A stretch of 44,631 bases of DNA, taken from positions 1 through 44,631 of the forward strand of contig JALTPW010000949.1 of the NCBI GenBank assembly GCA_026999335.1, read 5' to 3'. This stretch comes from Chromatiales bacterium. GTDB lineage: Bacteria > Pseudomonadota > Gammaproteobacteria > SZUA-152. Positions 31,036-40,247 of the stretch are shown here, piece by piece. The first letter of the stretch is position 1. Every line of letters starts with the position of its first letter. Both the position numbers and the translations under genes were made by a program. The notes beneath the pieces were generated by a model. The model was not told the DNA's origin and did no database searches. It saw nothing but the letters and a program-made list of their open reading frames with translations.

Positions 31036-31172
31036 CTGAGGATGCGCATCTTAAAGACATGTTTTTCCTCGCTGAGATGCTTCATATGACTGTTGGGGAG
31101 ATCATGGATAAGATGACCGTATCCGAGTACACCCACTGGATCGCGTATTTGAGGATGAAGGAAAATGGCTAA
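30685..31172 (+). CDS. tail assembly chaperone G-T-like fusion through -1 programmed frameshift
   Basis: A_AAA_AAC at 31026-31032 in X_XXY_YYZ phase; -1 frame stays open for 46 codons (KLAEDAHLKDMFFLAEMLHMTVGEIMDKMTVSEYTHWIAYLRMKENG), ending 7 nt into the tape measure gene. Confidence 0.6.
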
Positions 31173-32946
31173 ACTCGGCTCGCTTGTTGCAGACCTTGGC
31201 CTGAACACTGCCAGGTTTGAAGCCGGGATAGGCCGTGCGCAAAAAGGCCTGAGCAGGTTTAGTCGGCGGATGCGTCGCCAATTCCGCGCCATGACGCGCG
31301 ACGCCAGAAGGTTCGGCACGTTGATCGGCGGGATTTTCTCCATTGTTGCCGTAAAAGCAGCCACGGAAGCCTTTGTTCGCCAAGAACAGGCCATTTTCCA
31401 GCTAGAGGCAAGGCTTCGATCAACGGGCGGGGCGGCAGGATTCAGTTCAGACCAATTGCAGGGTATGGCTCGTGCCATTCAGAAGATGACGGCGTTCGGT
31501 GACGAAGCAGTCATTGAAATGCAATCGTTGTTGTTGACGTTTACGAAGATCAGAGGCCCGATCTTCAAAGACGCGCAAATGGCCGTGTTAAATGTCGCAA
31601 CAGCTATGGGCATTGATCTGCGTTCGGCGGCGGTTCAAGTCGGAAAGGCGCTAAATGATCCCGTAGGTCAGATGTCCGCGTTGTCACGTCAAGGTATTAT
31701 TCTATCCGACTCGCAGAAGAAACTCATAAAACAGCTTGTTGAGATGGGCGATATCGCAGGGGCGCAGCGCATCATCTTGCAGGAACTCAGTACTGAGTTC
31801 GGCGGATCGGCGAAAGCGGCAGCAGGAGGCCTTGGTGGATCAATATCTCAACTAAAAAACGCATTCGGCGATCTTCTTGAAACACTAGTTAAGGTCACGA
31901 CAAACGGCGGAAAGTCTGGCCTGATTCAATGGCTCACTTCTGCTATTCAATGGGCCAACAAATGGGCCAACCGGCTTCCGATTTTATTCCAGTCTCTTTT
32001 TGCGCAAATCGATAAATTTATAACTTCAGCTAAATTTGCCTGGAAGGGCTTTCAGGCGTTCATAGAATTTGGCTGGGACAAGGTAATTGGTACTTTCACA
32101 AAATCGATGGGTGAGGCAGCTCGCGTAGTTGCTCAGGCATTCGCGTTCATCCCAGGGTTTGGGGATATTTCCGCCAAGGTTGATATGTTTGCCCAGTCGT
32201 TAATATCTGCCGGTGAAAGCGTCCTGCCGCTGGAAGAGCGTCTTGCCAGATTGAACAGGCAGTATGAAGCCGAGATAAGCATTATAGACCGCACAATGCA
32301 GATGCTGGTCGCAAAGCAGGCGGCAGAGGAAGACGCGGCCGCAGCGCTTGAGAACATCGCGGCTATTCGAGGAAATGCGAGAGCGGTTGAAGTGGCGGAC
32401 GCAAGAGCGCACTCTGACACCCTTACAGCAATCGAGGAGATGGGCGCAAAACGGCGCGTTAAAATCAATCAATTCTATGAGCGCCTAAAGGGCAAGACGT
32501 TGGCTCAAGGCATGGCTGCAATTACAAATAATGTGGCCCAGCAATCCAGGACGATGTTTGAGATCAACAAGGCAGCAGCGATTGCAAACGCAGTGATGAA
32601 TACGTCCGAAGCAGTGACCGGCGCTTACAAATGGGGGGCACAGATCGGCGGTCCGCCTCTTGGCGCCGCGATGGGGGCTTTGGCGTTCGGTGCGCAGATC
32701 GCGCAAGTCAACGCGATAAGGTCTCAATCGTTTGGCGGCGGAGGAACCGCGTCTCCTTCGATCACAGGATCTACCGGGGCAAGAGATGTTGTCGCAACCG
32801 TCCCGGCGACTGAAGGGATCAACATCGAGGAAGAAACAAATCGAGAGATCGTGCTCAAGGTTGATGGTGCTGAACTGGGACGCGTTGTTGTAGATATGGC
32901 GAAGGATGGCAGGATCACAATGCCACAGGCCGCGATAGAGGCATAA
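31165..32946 (+). CDS. tail tape measure protein
   Basis: 593 aa, helical and Ala/Gly-rich; position after the chaperone pair. Confidence 0.9.
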   Translation: MAKLGSLVADLGLNTARFEAGIGRAQKGLSRFSRRMRRQFRAMTRDARRFGTLIGGIFSIVAVKAATEAFVRQEQAIFQLEARLRSTGGAAGFSSDQLQGMARAIQKMTAFGDEAVIEMQSLLLTFTKIRGPIFKDAQMAVLNVATAMGIDLRSAAVQVGKALNDPVGQMSALSRQGIILSDSQKKLIKQLVEMGDIAGAQRIILQELSTEFGGSAKAAAGGLGGSISQLKNAFGDLLETLVKVTTNGGKSGLIQWLTSAIQWANKWANRLPILFQSLFAQIDKFITSAKFAWKGFQAFIEFGWDKVIGTFTKSMGEAARVVAQAFAFIPGFGDISAKVDMFAQSLISAGESVLPLEERLARLNRQYEAEISIIDRTMQMLVAKQAAEEDAAAALENIAAIRGNARAVEVADARAHSDTLTAIEEMGAKRRVKINQFYERLKGKTLAQGMAAITNNVAQQSRTMFEINKAAAIANAVMNTSEAVTGAYKWGAQIGGPPLGAAMGALAFGAQIAQVNAIRSQSFGGGGTASPSITGSTGARDVVATVPATEGINIEEETNREIVLKVDGAELGRVVVDMAKDGRITMPQAAIEA

Positions 32947-33711
32947 ATGGCGCGCGCACGCTTCCTCTACAAAAATCTTGTCGATTCATCGACGATAACA
33001 GCGGTTAGTGAATCAACAACATTGCCCGCGTCTAACGTCGCCCATAATCTACGTTCGCGTGTTTATCGCACCGGGACGACTGCAGCAACGGAGCGGCTTG
33101 TCTTCAATATGGGGTCGGCGCAGGCCGTGACGTGCGTCGTCCTGCTCGATCACACCCTGACAAGTGGGGATTCCGGAATCAAGCTGATGGGCAATTCCTC
33201 GGATTCCTGGGGCACGCCCGCATTCACACAGTCATTGACGTGGAATTCCGGCCCTATCGTTGCCTTCTTCTCGTCCCAGTCCTACCAGTATTGGGCGGTA
33301 GAGTTTACGAAGTCGGCGGCGTCAGAGACCAGAGATATAGGCCGTATCTTCATCGGAACTTATTACGAATTGACACAAAACATGGGCCGCGAGGGATTGC
33401 AGATCCAACAGGTTGATCTCTCCAAGGTCGGCCGCGCGGTAGGCGGGCAAACCTACTCGGATGTTCGATCTATCTATGACAAGATCAGCCTGTCGATTGA
33501 CATGATGCCACACGCTCAGCATGAGCAGCTTCGTGCGATTGTAAGCAATGTTGGAAAGCATACGCCGTTCTTTGTGTCCATTGATCATGATACGGAGCCG
33601 CAGGACTGGCTTTACTACGTTAAGATCGGATCTATCAAAACACACCAGATCAAGGCAAATAGCTCAACCTGGTACTGGTCTGGCGGGATGACGCTTGACG
33701 AACAATTATGA
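32947..33711 (+). CDS. minor tail protein (possible distal tail protein)
   Basis: 254 aa; first gene after the tape measure. Confidence 0.6.
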   Translation: MARARFLYKNLVDSSTITAVSESTTLPASNVAHNLRSRVYRTGTTAATERLVFNMGSAQAVTCVVLLDHTLTSGDSGIKLMGNSSDSWGTPAFTQSLTWNSGPIVAFFSSQSYQYWAVEFTKSAASETRDIGRIFIGTYYELTQNMGREGLQIQQVDLSKVGRAVGGQTYSDVRSIYDKISLSIDMMPHAQHEQLRAIVSNVGKHTPFFVSIDHDTEPQDWLYYVKIGSIKTHQIKANSSTWYWSGGMTLDEQL

Positions 33712-35606
33712 CTACGCTGACAGACGCCCTTGATCATCCAGATATCACGCGAAACTTCCTCGCGACAGTAACGGCAGGTTACGCACCAGCAGTCTGGACG
33801 CTGGATACAGGGACGACCTATTACGCCGCAGTCACTCGCCCCGTCGTTGACTTCAAAGAGGACGGATCAAGTCTCACAGAACAACCCGATCTAGCGACAA
33901 CGCGATCAACGACCGGATCGTGGTTCTATGACACGACAAATTCAAGGGTCTATGTAAACCCGACGGCAGGCGCTGATCCTTACACAAAGACATTACAGGC
34001 GTTCTACGTCTTCTATTATTCGTTTCACCCCAAGGTCTTCACGATCTCGGGCGATGATGTCTATTTCGAGCCGAGGTTAAAGTCTCTGCCGAACCTTTCT
34101 TTGAGGGTCGAGGCGAAGTTCTCAGGGGTCAGTCAGATCGGCGGCGGCTCCCTGACATTCAACAATGAAGACGGGGAGTTTGACTCACTCATCGGCCTAC
34201 AGTGGGACGCGGGCTCTGTCGTTTTGCGTCTAGGCGTTGATCGGATCACTGACATGGCCTATGCCGACTACCAGGTGATCGGGACGTGGAACGTCTCCAA
34301 TTACCGGATCGATGACAAGCAGTTCACCCTGACCCTTGTTGAGTCAAAGATCAATATCAAGAAGAAGATCCCGTCCACGACTTACGACAGGGACACTTAC
34401 GCAAACATCCTTGAAGACGATATAGGGCGAGCCGTCCAGGTGGCTTACGGGAAGATCAAGGATGCGAAGCCGGTTCTGATTGATACTTCCCTGCTAAAAT
34501 TCAAGGTTGCCGGTCATGCGGTGATCTCATTCGACGGCTTGAGGGTGAAGAACGAAACGACCGGGGTATGGGAGTCCAAGTCCTTCGCGTCAACCGATAA
34601 GGCGAACGGGGAGTTTACCGTCTCAAGCTCCGATTTCACGGTTGATCAAGAGATTGTCGTTGACTTCACCGGAAGGGTAAAATCAGGCACGCAGCCGATG
34701 GACAATCCTTCTGACGTGGTCAAGGACTTGATCGCGAACTACGTTGGAGATTCAAACATTGATGCAACCAGCTTTTCGGATTCCTACAATGCCCTGCTAA
34801 GGGGCACGAAAAACGACGTGACGATCTCCGCTTTCGCGCTGGCGATCTATCTTGATGAACCGATTTCAGCGCAGGAAGTGATCAGCAAGATCAACCGATC
34901 AGTCGGGGCCTATCTGTTCGCCGACTCTTCCGGTCAGTATTTTTATCGCGTCTTCCGCCCCAAGGCTAGTGAGGGGTTAACGGAATTCGACGATACGCAA
35001 ATCAACGATTTCAAGGTTTCGGTCTCGACCGACATTTTAACCAAGCTGACCGCAGAATATGACCGCCGGAATGAAGCGGACTGGGCGGAAGTCTATACGT
35101 TCGAGGATACGTCCAGACAGTACCTTCACGGGGACGAGTCGGAATCCTTTGAAAAAGATGAAACTGTATTGTCCGAGGTCGAGGACGCGACTCTCTACGC
35201 GCAGAGAAGGGTGTTCTATGAAGGCCGTCCACTAAGGATGTATTCCTTCACAGTACCAAGCCGGATCGCTATTACCCTGATGCCATCAGATTTTGTGCGG
35301 ATCAATTACTCAAGACATGGGATCGACGGCGTCTATGAGATCCTTTCGATCTCACATAACCTTGAGGGTGACAAAACCTCCCTTGTCTGTGGTGACATGC
35401 ACGGATTAGGAGAGCGGCCCGGATGGTGGGTGTCTTCTCCGTCCTTTCCCTCAAGGCTTGGCGGCGCACCTATTACGGGATGGGATAAGACGTGGACGGA
35501 TGAGCAGAAAACCTGGGCAAAACAAAATATGGGGTTCTGGACTGACGACAACGGCTTTGCCGATCCAACCGACCCCGAATCCCGCATGATCTCAACCTGG
35601 ATTTAA
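33708..35606 (+). CDS. tail tip / baseplate hub-like protein
   Basis: 632 aa; position; ATGA overlap with the previous gene. Confidence 0.6.
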   Translation: MTTLTDALDHPDITRNFLATVTAGYAPAVWTLDTGTTYYAAVTRPVVDFKEDGSSLTEQPDLATTRSTTGSWFYDTTNSRVYVNPTAGADPYTKTLQAFYVFYYSFHPKVFTISGDDVYFEPRLKSLPNLSLRVEAKFSGVSQIGGGSLTFNNEDGEFDSLIGLQWDAGSVVLRLGVDRITDMAYADYQVIGTWNVSNYRIDDKQFTLTLVESKINIKKKIPSTTYDRDTYANILEDDIGRAVQVAYGKIKDAKPVLIDTSLLKFKVAGHAVISFDGLRVKNETTGVWESKSFASTDKANGEFTVSSSDFTVDQEIVVDFTGRVKSGTQPMDNPSDVVKDLIANYVGDSNIDATSFSDSYNALLRGTKNDVTISAFALAIYLDEPISAQEVISKINRSVGAYLFADSSGQYFYRVFRPKASEGLTEFDDTQINDFKVSVSTDILTKLTAEYDRRNEADWAEVYTFEDTSRQYLHGDESESFEKDETVLSEVEDATLYAQRRVFYEGRPLRMYSFTVPSRIAITLMPSDFVRINYSRHGIDGVYEILSISHNLEGDKTSLVCGDMHGLGERPGWWVSSPSFPSRLGGAPITGWDKTWTDEQKTWAKQNMGFWTDDNGFADPTDPESRMISTWI

Positions 35607-35607
35607 C

Positions 35608-37038
35608 ATGGCGATTATCTCGATCACAGATCCAACCGTCGGCGACCCTACAGAGCTTCAGAAGTTCCTCGATGTATTGGCGAACCAAAGGACGCTTGAT
35701 GCGGGTGTTGATGTTGCCTCAAGGGGCAATCTTGTCGTTAACGGGTCGTTTGAGAGCGCATCTGGAGGAACGCCGACGGGATGGACGTTTACGGATTACA
35801 CGGGCGGTTCTCATGCCATAGACACCACGAACCACGCCCACGGCGCACAGGCGATCAGCTTCACTTCTACTTCTACTGCAAACGGTGGCGGGTATTGTGA
35901 ATCCTCGGACTTTCTTGAGGTTACGGGCTCTGAGGTCTATTACTGGTTCGCGTTCCGCATGGCGAGCGCCGCAAATGTCTCCGCCCAAATAACAGCAAGG
36001 TGGTACGACTCAAGCCAGACGTTCATCTCATCTTCTACGCTCTTTCAGGACACCTCCGCCCCCACGTCGCTGACCTCAACCGAGGGCGCAGTGGCAGCGC
36101 CTTCCACTGCGCGTTACGTGAAGTTGCGAGTAGAAGGCGGAGTCCCGGGGGTAGGAACAGCTACCGGGACAGTCACGTTTGATGATATTCGGTTCAGGCT
36201 GACCGAAGTGCAGGCGTCCATCGGTGCCTCCGCCGTAGGGCAGGGGGAGTTGAAGACGACGACAGCTAATTATTCGGCAAACGTCGGCGGCGGCACATAT
36301 ACAGCATTCACTCGGACAGGTGGATTCTATACACTTGGCTGTCAAGCAAAAATCAATTCTAATGCAACAGGCACGTATTCGGCCTATCCCCATAATAAGG
36401 AGAGAACAAATAATAATACTACGGGGTATGTGAGTTATTACGTGTTACAGGCGGTCAGCGGAACGCTCGATCTTGCGGCACAAGAAACCTATGTCCAAGC
36501 CTCCCCGCCTTACGATCATGGCGATGGTGTAGTGGGTCTCTATATCTTCGCTGTGGTCTCCGGCAATCCCATGAAGATCCATTCCATGTATGTTGCTCCA
36601 GAGGCCCCATGGCACTACAACGGGCCAACCAATGTAGCCGCGAAATACATGAAAAACGGCGTGCCATGCCGGATAGAAAAAGGTGGATCGGCAGGACTTC
36701 TGCAAGGCATCTGGACGCCAGATCAAATCGCCACAGACCCCGTAGCGAGGAAAGAGTTTCTAGACGCGCAGAAGACAAATGTTGAGATTGAGATCACGCA
36801 GGAGATCAAACACCGGGACATGCCGCTGATCCCCCACCCCTTCCAGATGAGTGACTACCCTCCCGGCGCAAAGGTCATCATGCTGGACCCGGTATGCGAC
36901 TGCAATTTCGAGTTACTGGAAATGCACGACGCTGGGCTGGATGTATCGGATTTCGTTTATAACCATATCAAGATCGGCAACCAGAAGCTGAAACGGAAAG
37001 GCCCGCCGGTCGATATTGTCGGGATGGGGTGGAAGTAA
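35608..37038 (+). CDS. tail fibre / receptor-binding protein with carbohydrate-binding-module-like domain
   Basis: 476 aa; NLVVNGSFESASGGTPTGWTF signature of CBM/jelly-roll domains; last structural gene. Confidence 0.6.
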   Translation: MAIISITDPTVGDPTELQKFLDVLANQRTLDAGVDVASRGNLVVNGSFESASGGTPTGWTFTDYTGGSHAIDTTNHAHGAQAISFTSTSTANGGGYCESSDFLEVTGSEVYYWFAFRMASAANVSAQITARWYDSSQTFISSSTLFQDTSAPTSLTSTEGAVAAPSTARYVKLRVEGGVPGVGTATGTVTFDDIRFRLTEVQASIGASAVGQGELKTTTANYSANVGGGTYTAFTRTGGFYTLGCQAKINSNATGTYSAYPHNKERTNNNTTGYVSYYVLQAVSGTLDLAAQETYVQASPPYDHGDGVVGLYIFAVVSGNPMKIHSMYVAPEAPWHYNGPTNVAAKYMKNGVPCRIEKGGSAGLLQGIWTPDQIATDPVARKEFLDAQKTNVEIEITQEIKHRDMPLIPHPFQMSDYPPGAKVIMLDPVCDCNFELLEMHDAGLDVSDFVYNHIKIGNQKLKRKGPPVDIVGMGWK

Positions 37039-37295
37039 TGACTGAATCAAGAAAAAGAAGGTCTGAGGATTCATGGCATCTTGATAAGAGGGTGCCGATA
37101 GCCGTGATTATCGCTTTGTTAATTCAAGCAGCGTCGATCGTCTGGTGGGCTTCTCGTGTCGAATCACGGTTAGCGGTTGTCGAGAAGTACCAACACGATA
37201 ACGGCCAGTTATCGGAGCGCGTCGTCAGGCTTGAAGTCTTACTTGAAAGGGTGGACAGGACGATCTCAAGAGTCGAGAGGAAGATCGACAAATGA
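37038..37295 (+). CDS. single-TM protein upstream of the endolysin (holin candidate)
   Basis: ORF trimmed to MTESRK; VPIAVIIALLIQAASIVWWA TM then coiled coil. Confidence 0.45.
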   Translation: MTESRKRRSEDSWHLDKRVPIAVIIALLIQAASIVWWASRVESRLAVVEKYQHDNGQLSERVVRLEVLLERVDRTISRVERKIDK

Positions 37296-37717
37296 ACTTT
37301 AGTCGAGATAAGCTAGTCGCAGAACTCTCCAGAGACGAGGGTCGCGTTCCTCACGCCTACAAGGATTCCGAAGGCTATCTGACTATCGGCGTAGGTCACC
37401 TGATCGACAAGAACAAGGGCGGAAGATTGCCGGAATTCATTATCGATCTGCTTCTTGAATATGACATTGATGCGAAGGTTAGCCAGATCAAGAACGCACT
37501 CCCGTGGGCCGAAAATCTTTCCGATGCAAGACAACGCGTGATTATCAATATGGTGTTCAATCTCGGTATCACGGGTTTTCAGAAGTTTCACAATACAATA
37601 GCCGCGATCAAGGCCGAGGACTGGGATGTGGCTGCGGCGGAGATGCTAAATTCCAAGTGGGCAAGGCAGGTAGGACCAAGGGCGGAAAGACTGGCCCAGA
37701 TGATGAGGGAAGGATGA
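37292..37717 (+). CDS. endolysin, T4-type lysozyme (GH24)
   Basis: SRDEGRVPHAYKDSEGYLTIGVGHLI contains the E...D...T catalytic pattern. Confidence 0.85.
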   Translation: MNFSRDKLVAELSRDEGRVPHAYKDSEGYLTIGVGHLIDKNKGGRLPEFIIDLLLEYDIDAKVSQIKNALPWAENLSDARQRVIINMVFNLGITGFQKFHNTIAAIKAEDWDVAAAEMLNSKWARQVGPRAERLAQMMREG

Positions 37718-37965
37718 ACTTTAAGCGACTAATTGAACTAGTTTCCGGGGCGCGTACCCTGCTATTGCTCGCCGTGATGATCGGTGCGGTTGCCTTGTGG
37801 GCGCTGGATACCCGGATAACGTGGGAGCAAATGGGAACCGCCCAAAAACAACACCAGCACCTGTTGCTGTATTACCGTTTGAAAGTTCGGATCGCCAATA
37901 ACGAAGACACAAAAAGCGACAAAGTTTTGCAGGCGACCTATCAACGGAATTGGAGGCCCGAATGA
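37714..37965 (+). CDS. single-TM small protein (holin/antiholin candidate)
   Basis: ORF 37504..37965 trimmed to MNFKRLIELVSGARTLLLLAVMIGAVALWAL (ATGA overlap). Confidence 0.45.
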   Translation: MNFKRLIELVSGARTLLLLAVMIGAVALWALDTRITWEQMGTAQKQHQHLLLYYRLKVRIANNEDTKSDKVLQATYQRNWRPE

Positions 37966-38162
37966 ATGACAGATGGAAGAATCGCAGGCGTATGGCCTGG
38001 ATTGCCTTAATCGCTGGAGTGGTTTACCCATTTTTCCCGATTGATCCACAATTAGCCGCTACAATGGCTACGTCATTTTACCTGTTTGTAGCGGGGATTG
38101 TGAGTGTTTACACTGGCGCTGTAACAGTGGATGACAAATGGCAGAGGAAAGAAGATGAATAA
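37962..38162 (+). CDS. two-TM small protein (holin candidate)
   Basis: trimmed to MNDRWKN (ATGA overlap); MAWIALIAGVVYPFF and SFYLFVAGIVSVYTGAV segments. Confidence 0.5.
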   Translation: MNDRWKNRRRMAWIALIAGVVYPFFPIDPQLAATMATSFYLFVAGIVSVYTGAVTVDDKWQRKEDE

Positions 38163-38682
38163 GCTATTCGACAAGATCGTGAATGTGACCCGCTGGATCA
38201 TCGCCCAGCCACTAGGCCGGTATGGCCTGACCTTCGTCGCGGGTATGGTGTTGATTCTACTAGTTCAATGTTCCGTGGCGAGAGCCGGGGAAGTGATGAT
38301 CGGATACGATATACGGTTCAATGACTGGACCGTGGACGTGTGCAACTCGGGAACCTGCATCGGTTATGACTTCGCAAATGATATGGGATGCCTGTCACGG
38401 AACCAATTATCTGACAACCTACGTTTAGGTGGGGGCTTGTGTTACCAGTACAATACCGAATCATTGGTGGGCCGTGTAACAGGAGCGATTTCTGACGATG
38501 AAAGCACCGGGGAGGTATGGGCGAGGGCCCTTGTTTTCGAGGATTATGTGGAAGGCGCCTATGGGGTAGGGTTCAGATACATCGAGGACGATTCGATCCC
38601 TGTCCCTGCAACCGAACCCGTTGGCCCCAACCCGAACAAGCCGCACCACGAGGATCACAGGAAGCGTCACCATGAAGATTAA
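38155..38682 (+). CDS. signal-anchored protein with His-rich C-terminal tail (175 aa), unknown function
   Basis: trimmed to MNKLFDKIV; TM/signal LTFVAGMVLILLVQCSVARA; several Cys; tail KPHHEDHRKRHHED. Confidence 0.55.
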   Translation: MNKLFDKIVNVTRWIIAQPLGRYGLTFVAGMVLILLVQCSVARAGEVMIGYDIRFNDWTVDVCNSGTCIGYDFANDMGCLSRNQLSDNLRLGGGLCYQYNTESLVGRVTGAISDDESTGEVWARALVFEDYVEGAYGVGFRYIEDDSIPVPATEPVGPNPNKPHHEDHRKRHHED

Positions 38683-39031
38683 TGTAATGATCTATATTGC
38701 CGTGACTATCTTCGTGGTCGGCTTCACGCTCGGCTGGTCGGCTCATATCCAGTGGACGGCGGGCGATGCCCTGGAGGCCGTGGAAATGGCCGTTGAAGCC
38801 CGCGAAGAGCTGGGTGACGAGATCACGGATGTGGCCATCGAAGCGGAGAGGGAAGCCGGGGAAGTTCAGATCGTCTACAAGACCATCGAAAAAGAGGTGA
38901 TCAAATATGTCGAAACTCCTGCCGCTGATCGCGTTTGCCTCGATCCTCCTGCTCTCGGCGTGCTCAACGCGGCCGGTCGTGGTGAACGAGTACCCATCGA
39001 TCCCGGCCAACCTGACCCAGCGTTGCCCTGA
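38672..39031 (+). CDS. i-spanin (Rz-like)
   Basis: trimmed to MKINVMIYIAVTIFVVGFTLGW TM, then a charged coiled-coil periplasmic part. Confidence 0.6.
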   Translation: MKINVMIYIAVTIFVVGFTLGWSAHIQWTAGDALEAVEMAVEAREELGDEITDVAIEAEREAGEVQIVYKTIEKEVIKYVETPAADRVCLDPPALGVLNAAGRGERVPIDPGQPDPALP

Positions 39032-39185
39032 GACTCTTCCCGTCGTCCCCGATGGGCGTGCCGGGACGATCCTCACCTCGATGGTCAAATGGGCCGAAAC
39101 CTATCACCGATGCCGGGTTATCCATGACGCCCTCTCGTCCGCCGTGAGACGGATAGAGGAAAAGGCGGGCTCGGGGTCCAGATAG
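38907..39185 (+). CDS. o-spanin-like lipoprotein, overlapped architecture
   Basis: lipobox LLLSAC after a signal peptide; starts inside the i-spanin gene in another frame and extends beyond it. Confidence 0.6.
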   Translation: MSKLLPLIAFASILLLSACSTRPVVVNEYPSIPANLTQRCPETLPVVPDGRAGTILTSMVKWAETYHRCRVIHDALSSAVRRIEEKAGSGSR

Positions 39186-39240
39186 CCGAGTTATCCGCTC
39201 AGCTTGCGTACCACGCGTTACCTTATGGTGTCTAGCCAAA

Positions 39241-39624
39241 TCACTTTGTCACCTCAATCACCTTCAAATAAACGTCATACATCGACAGGTAGTGATCTAG
39301 CATCTCCCGATACTTCCCATCCCCCGGCCCCATAATTAACGCACAAGCCGGGTGCTTGCCGGTCATTAGCGCATACCACCGGGCCTGGCTAATGCACTCT
39401 TTCCACTTCGGCGCGAAGTCGAACTCCACCGCGAACCGGGCCGTAACGCAATCCACGCGCCCGCCGCGGACACGGACCTCCATCTTGCCTCCCTGCGCGT
39501 TGCACCACTGGGCTTGATAGTGGCGTTCGTTGGCGGCCTGTACTGGCGCGATATAGGACACTGCGATCAGGGATAGCGCGAAGGCAGTGCCGAGGATGGA
39601 TAGCGCGATTTCTTTCACAGTCAT
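39241..39624 (-). CDS. exported or membrane-anchored 127-aa protein (intact copy), possible restriction-endonuclease-like core
   Basis: ORF 39241..39711 trimmed to MTVKEIALSILGTAFALSLIAVSYIAPVQA (ATGA overlap, AAGGAG); RVDCVTARFAVEFDFAPKWKE motif. Confidence 0.6.
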   Translation of the reverse strand: MTVKEIALSILGTAFALSLIAVSYIAPVQAANERHYQAQWCNAQGGKMEVRVRGGRVDCVTARFAVEFDFAPKWKECISQARWYALMTGKHPACALIMGPGDGKYREMLDHYLSMYDVYLKVIEVTK

Positions 39625-39821
39625 CTCCTTACAAACATAAAATGTGTTCTCGGGCTGAACATCGCTCCTAGCGATCCTTTCGTTACGTCTTTGGCAAGTC
39701 CTTTTTTGCATAGCGCTCGTAATGTTGATAGCGATTCGCCCAGGTCATAAGCGCATTTTGGAACGCTACTGAGTTTGCCAAGCGCTCTGCGTTGCGCTTT
39801 TGTCAATGCGATCTCTTTCAT
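39621..39821 (-). CDS. hypothetical protein (66 aa)
   Basis: identical to 2429..2629 (+37,192). Confidence 0.6.
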   Translation of the reverse strand: MKEIALTKAQRRALGKLSSVPKCAYDLGESLSTLRALCKKGLAKDVTKGSLGAMFSPRTHFMFVRR

Positions 39822-39872
39822 GATTGCTTCTCGGTGCAGAGAGAAACTAAGCTATGTATCAACCTTTCAAGT

Positions 39873-40088
39873 TTAGTCATTATCATTCCCGTCAAACGTT
39901 GAGATCAGCATGGCCGCGTTGCGTATCCGCTCGTTATTCATGATTCGCGCATCCCGTCTGCCCGTGTTATATTCACTTTGCCGGAACCATGCGACGCTGT
40001 GCGGCGCATAACATCGCCAGTTCGATCCATCGCCGCCGAACTCATGCGCGGCCTTGACGGCCTCAACGATTGATCCCTTTTCAGTCAT
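39873..40088 (-). CDS. hypothetical acidic protein (71 aa)
   Basis: identical to 2681..2896. Confidence 0.55.
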   Translation of the reverse strand: MTEKGSIVEAVKAAHEFGGDGSNWRCYAPHSVAWFRQSEYNTGRRDARIMNNERIRNAAMLISTFDGNDND

Positions 40089-40245
40089 TTTTTGGTGCCT
40101 CCAATTTGTTGTATCTGGCCACGGCCTCCTCAATTAACTGAGAGGCAGGCCGGTCCTGTTCACGAAGCCACCGCACAATCCACGGGGCCAGCTTGTATGA
40201 CACGGCGATCTTCCGCTCGCCGGGCGGGAGCTTGGGGCGAGGCAT
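40081..40245 (-). CDS. ribbon-helix-helix DNA-binding protein (54 aa)
   Basis: identical to 2889..3053. Confidence 0.55.
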   Translation of the reverse strand: MPRPKLPPGERKIAVSYKLAPWIVRWLREQDRPASQLIEEAVARYNKLEAPKND

Positions 40246-40247
40246 GG

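Larger units (their letters stand above)
2049..39240. mobile_element. one genome-length unit (37,192 bp) of an HK97-like siphovirus-type phage or prophage
   Basis: complete early, replication, packaging, head, tail and lysis modules; unit length defined by the exact +37,192 repeat period. Confidence 0.7.

Noticed and set aside
27291-31478. Large antisense ORFs inside structural genes (27291..27770, 26804..27199, 29167..29844, 31032..31478) and 20623..21084 opposite 20650..21036
   Set aside because: They are embedded opposite recognisable capsid, connector and tape measure genes, or opposite a better-looking plus-strand ORF. They lie on the wrong strand for the late operon and their products look non-protein-like.
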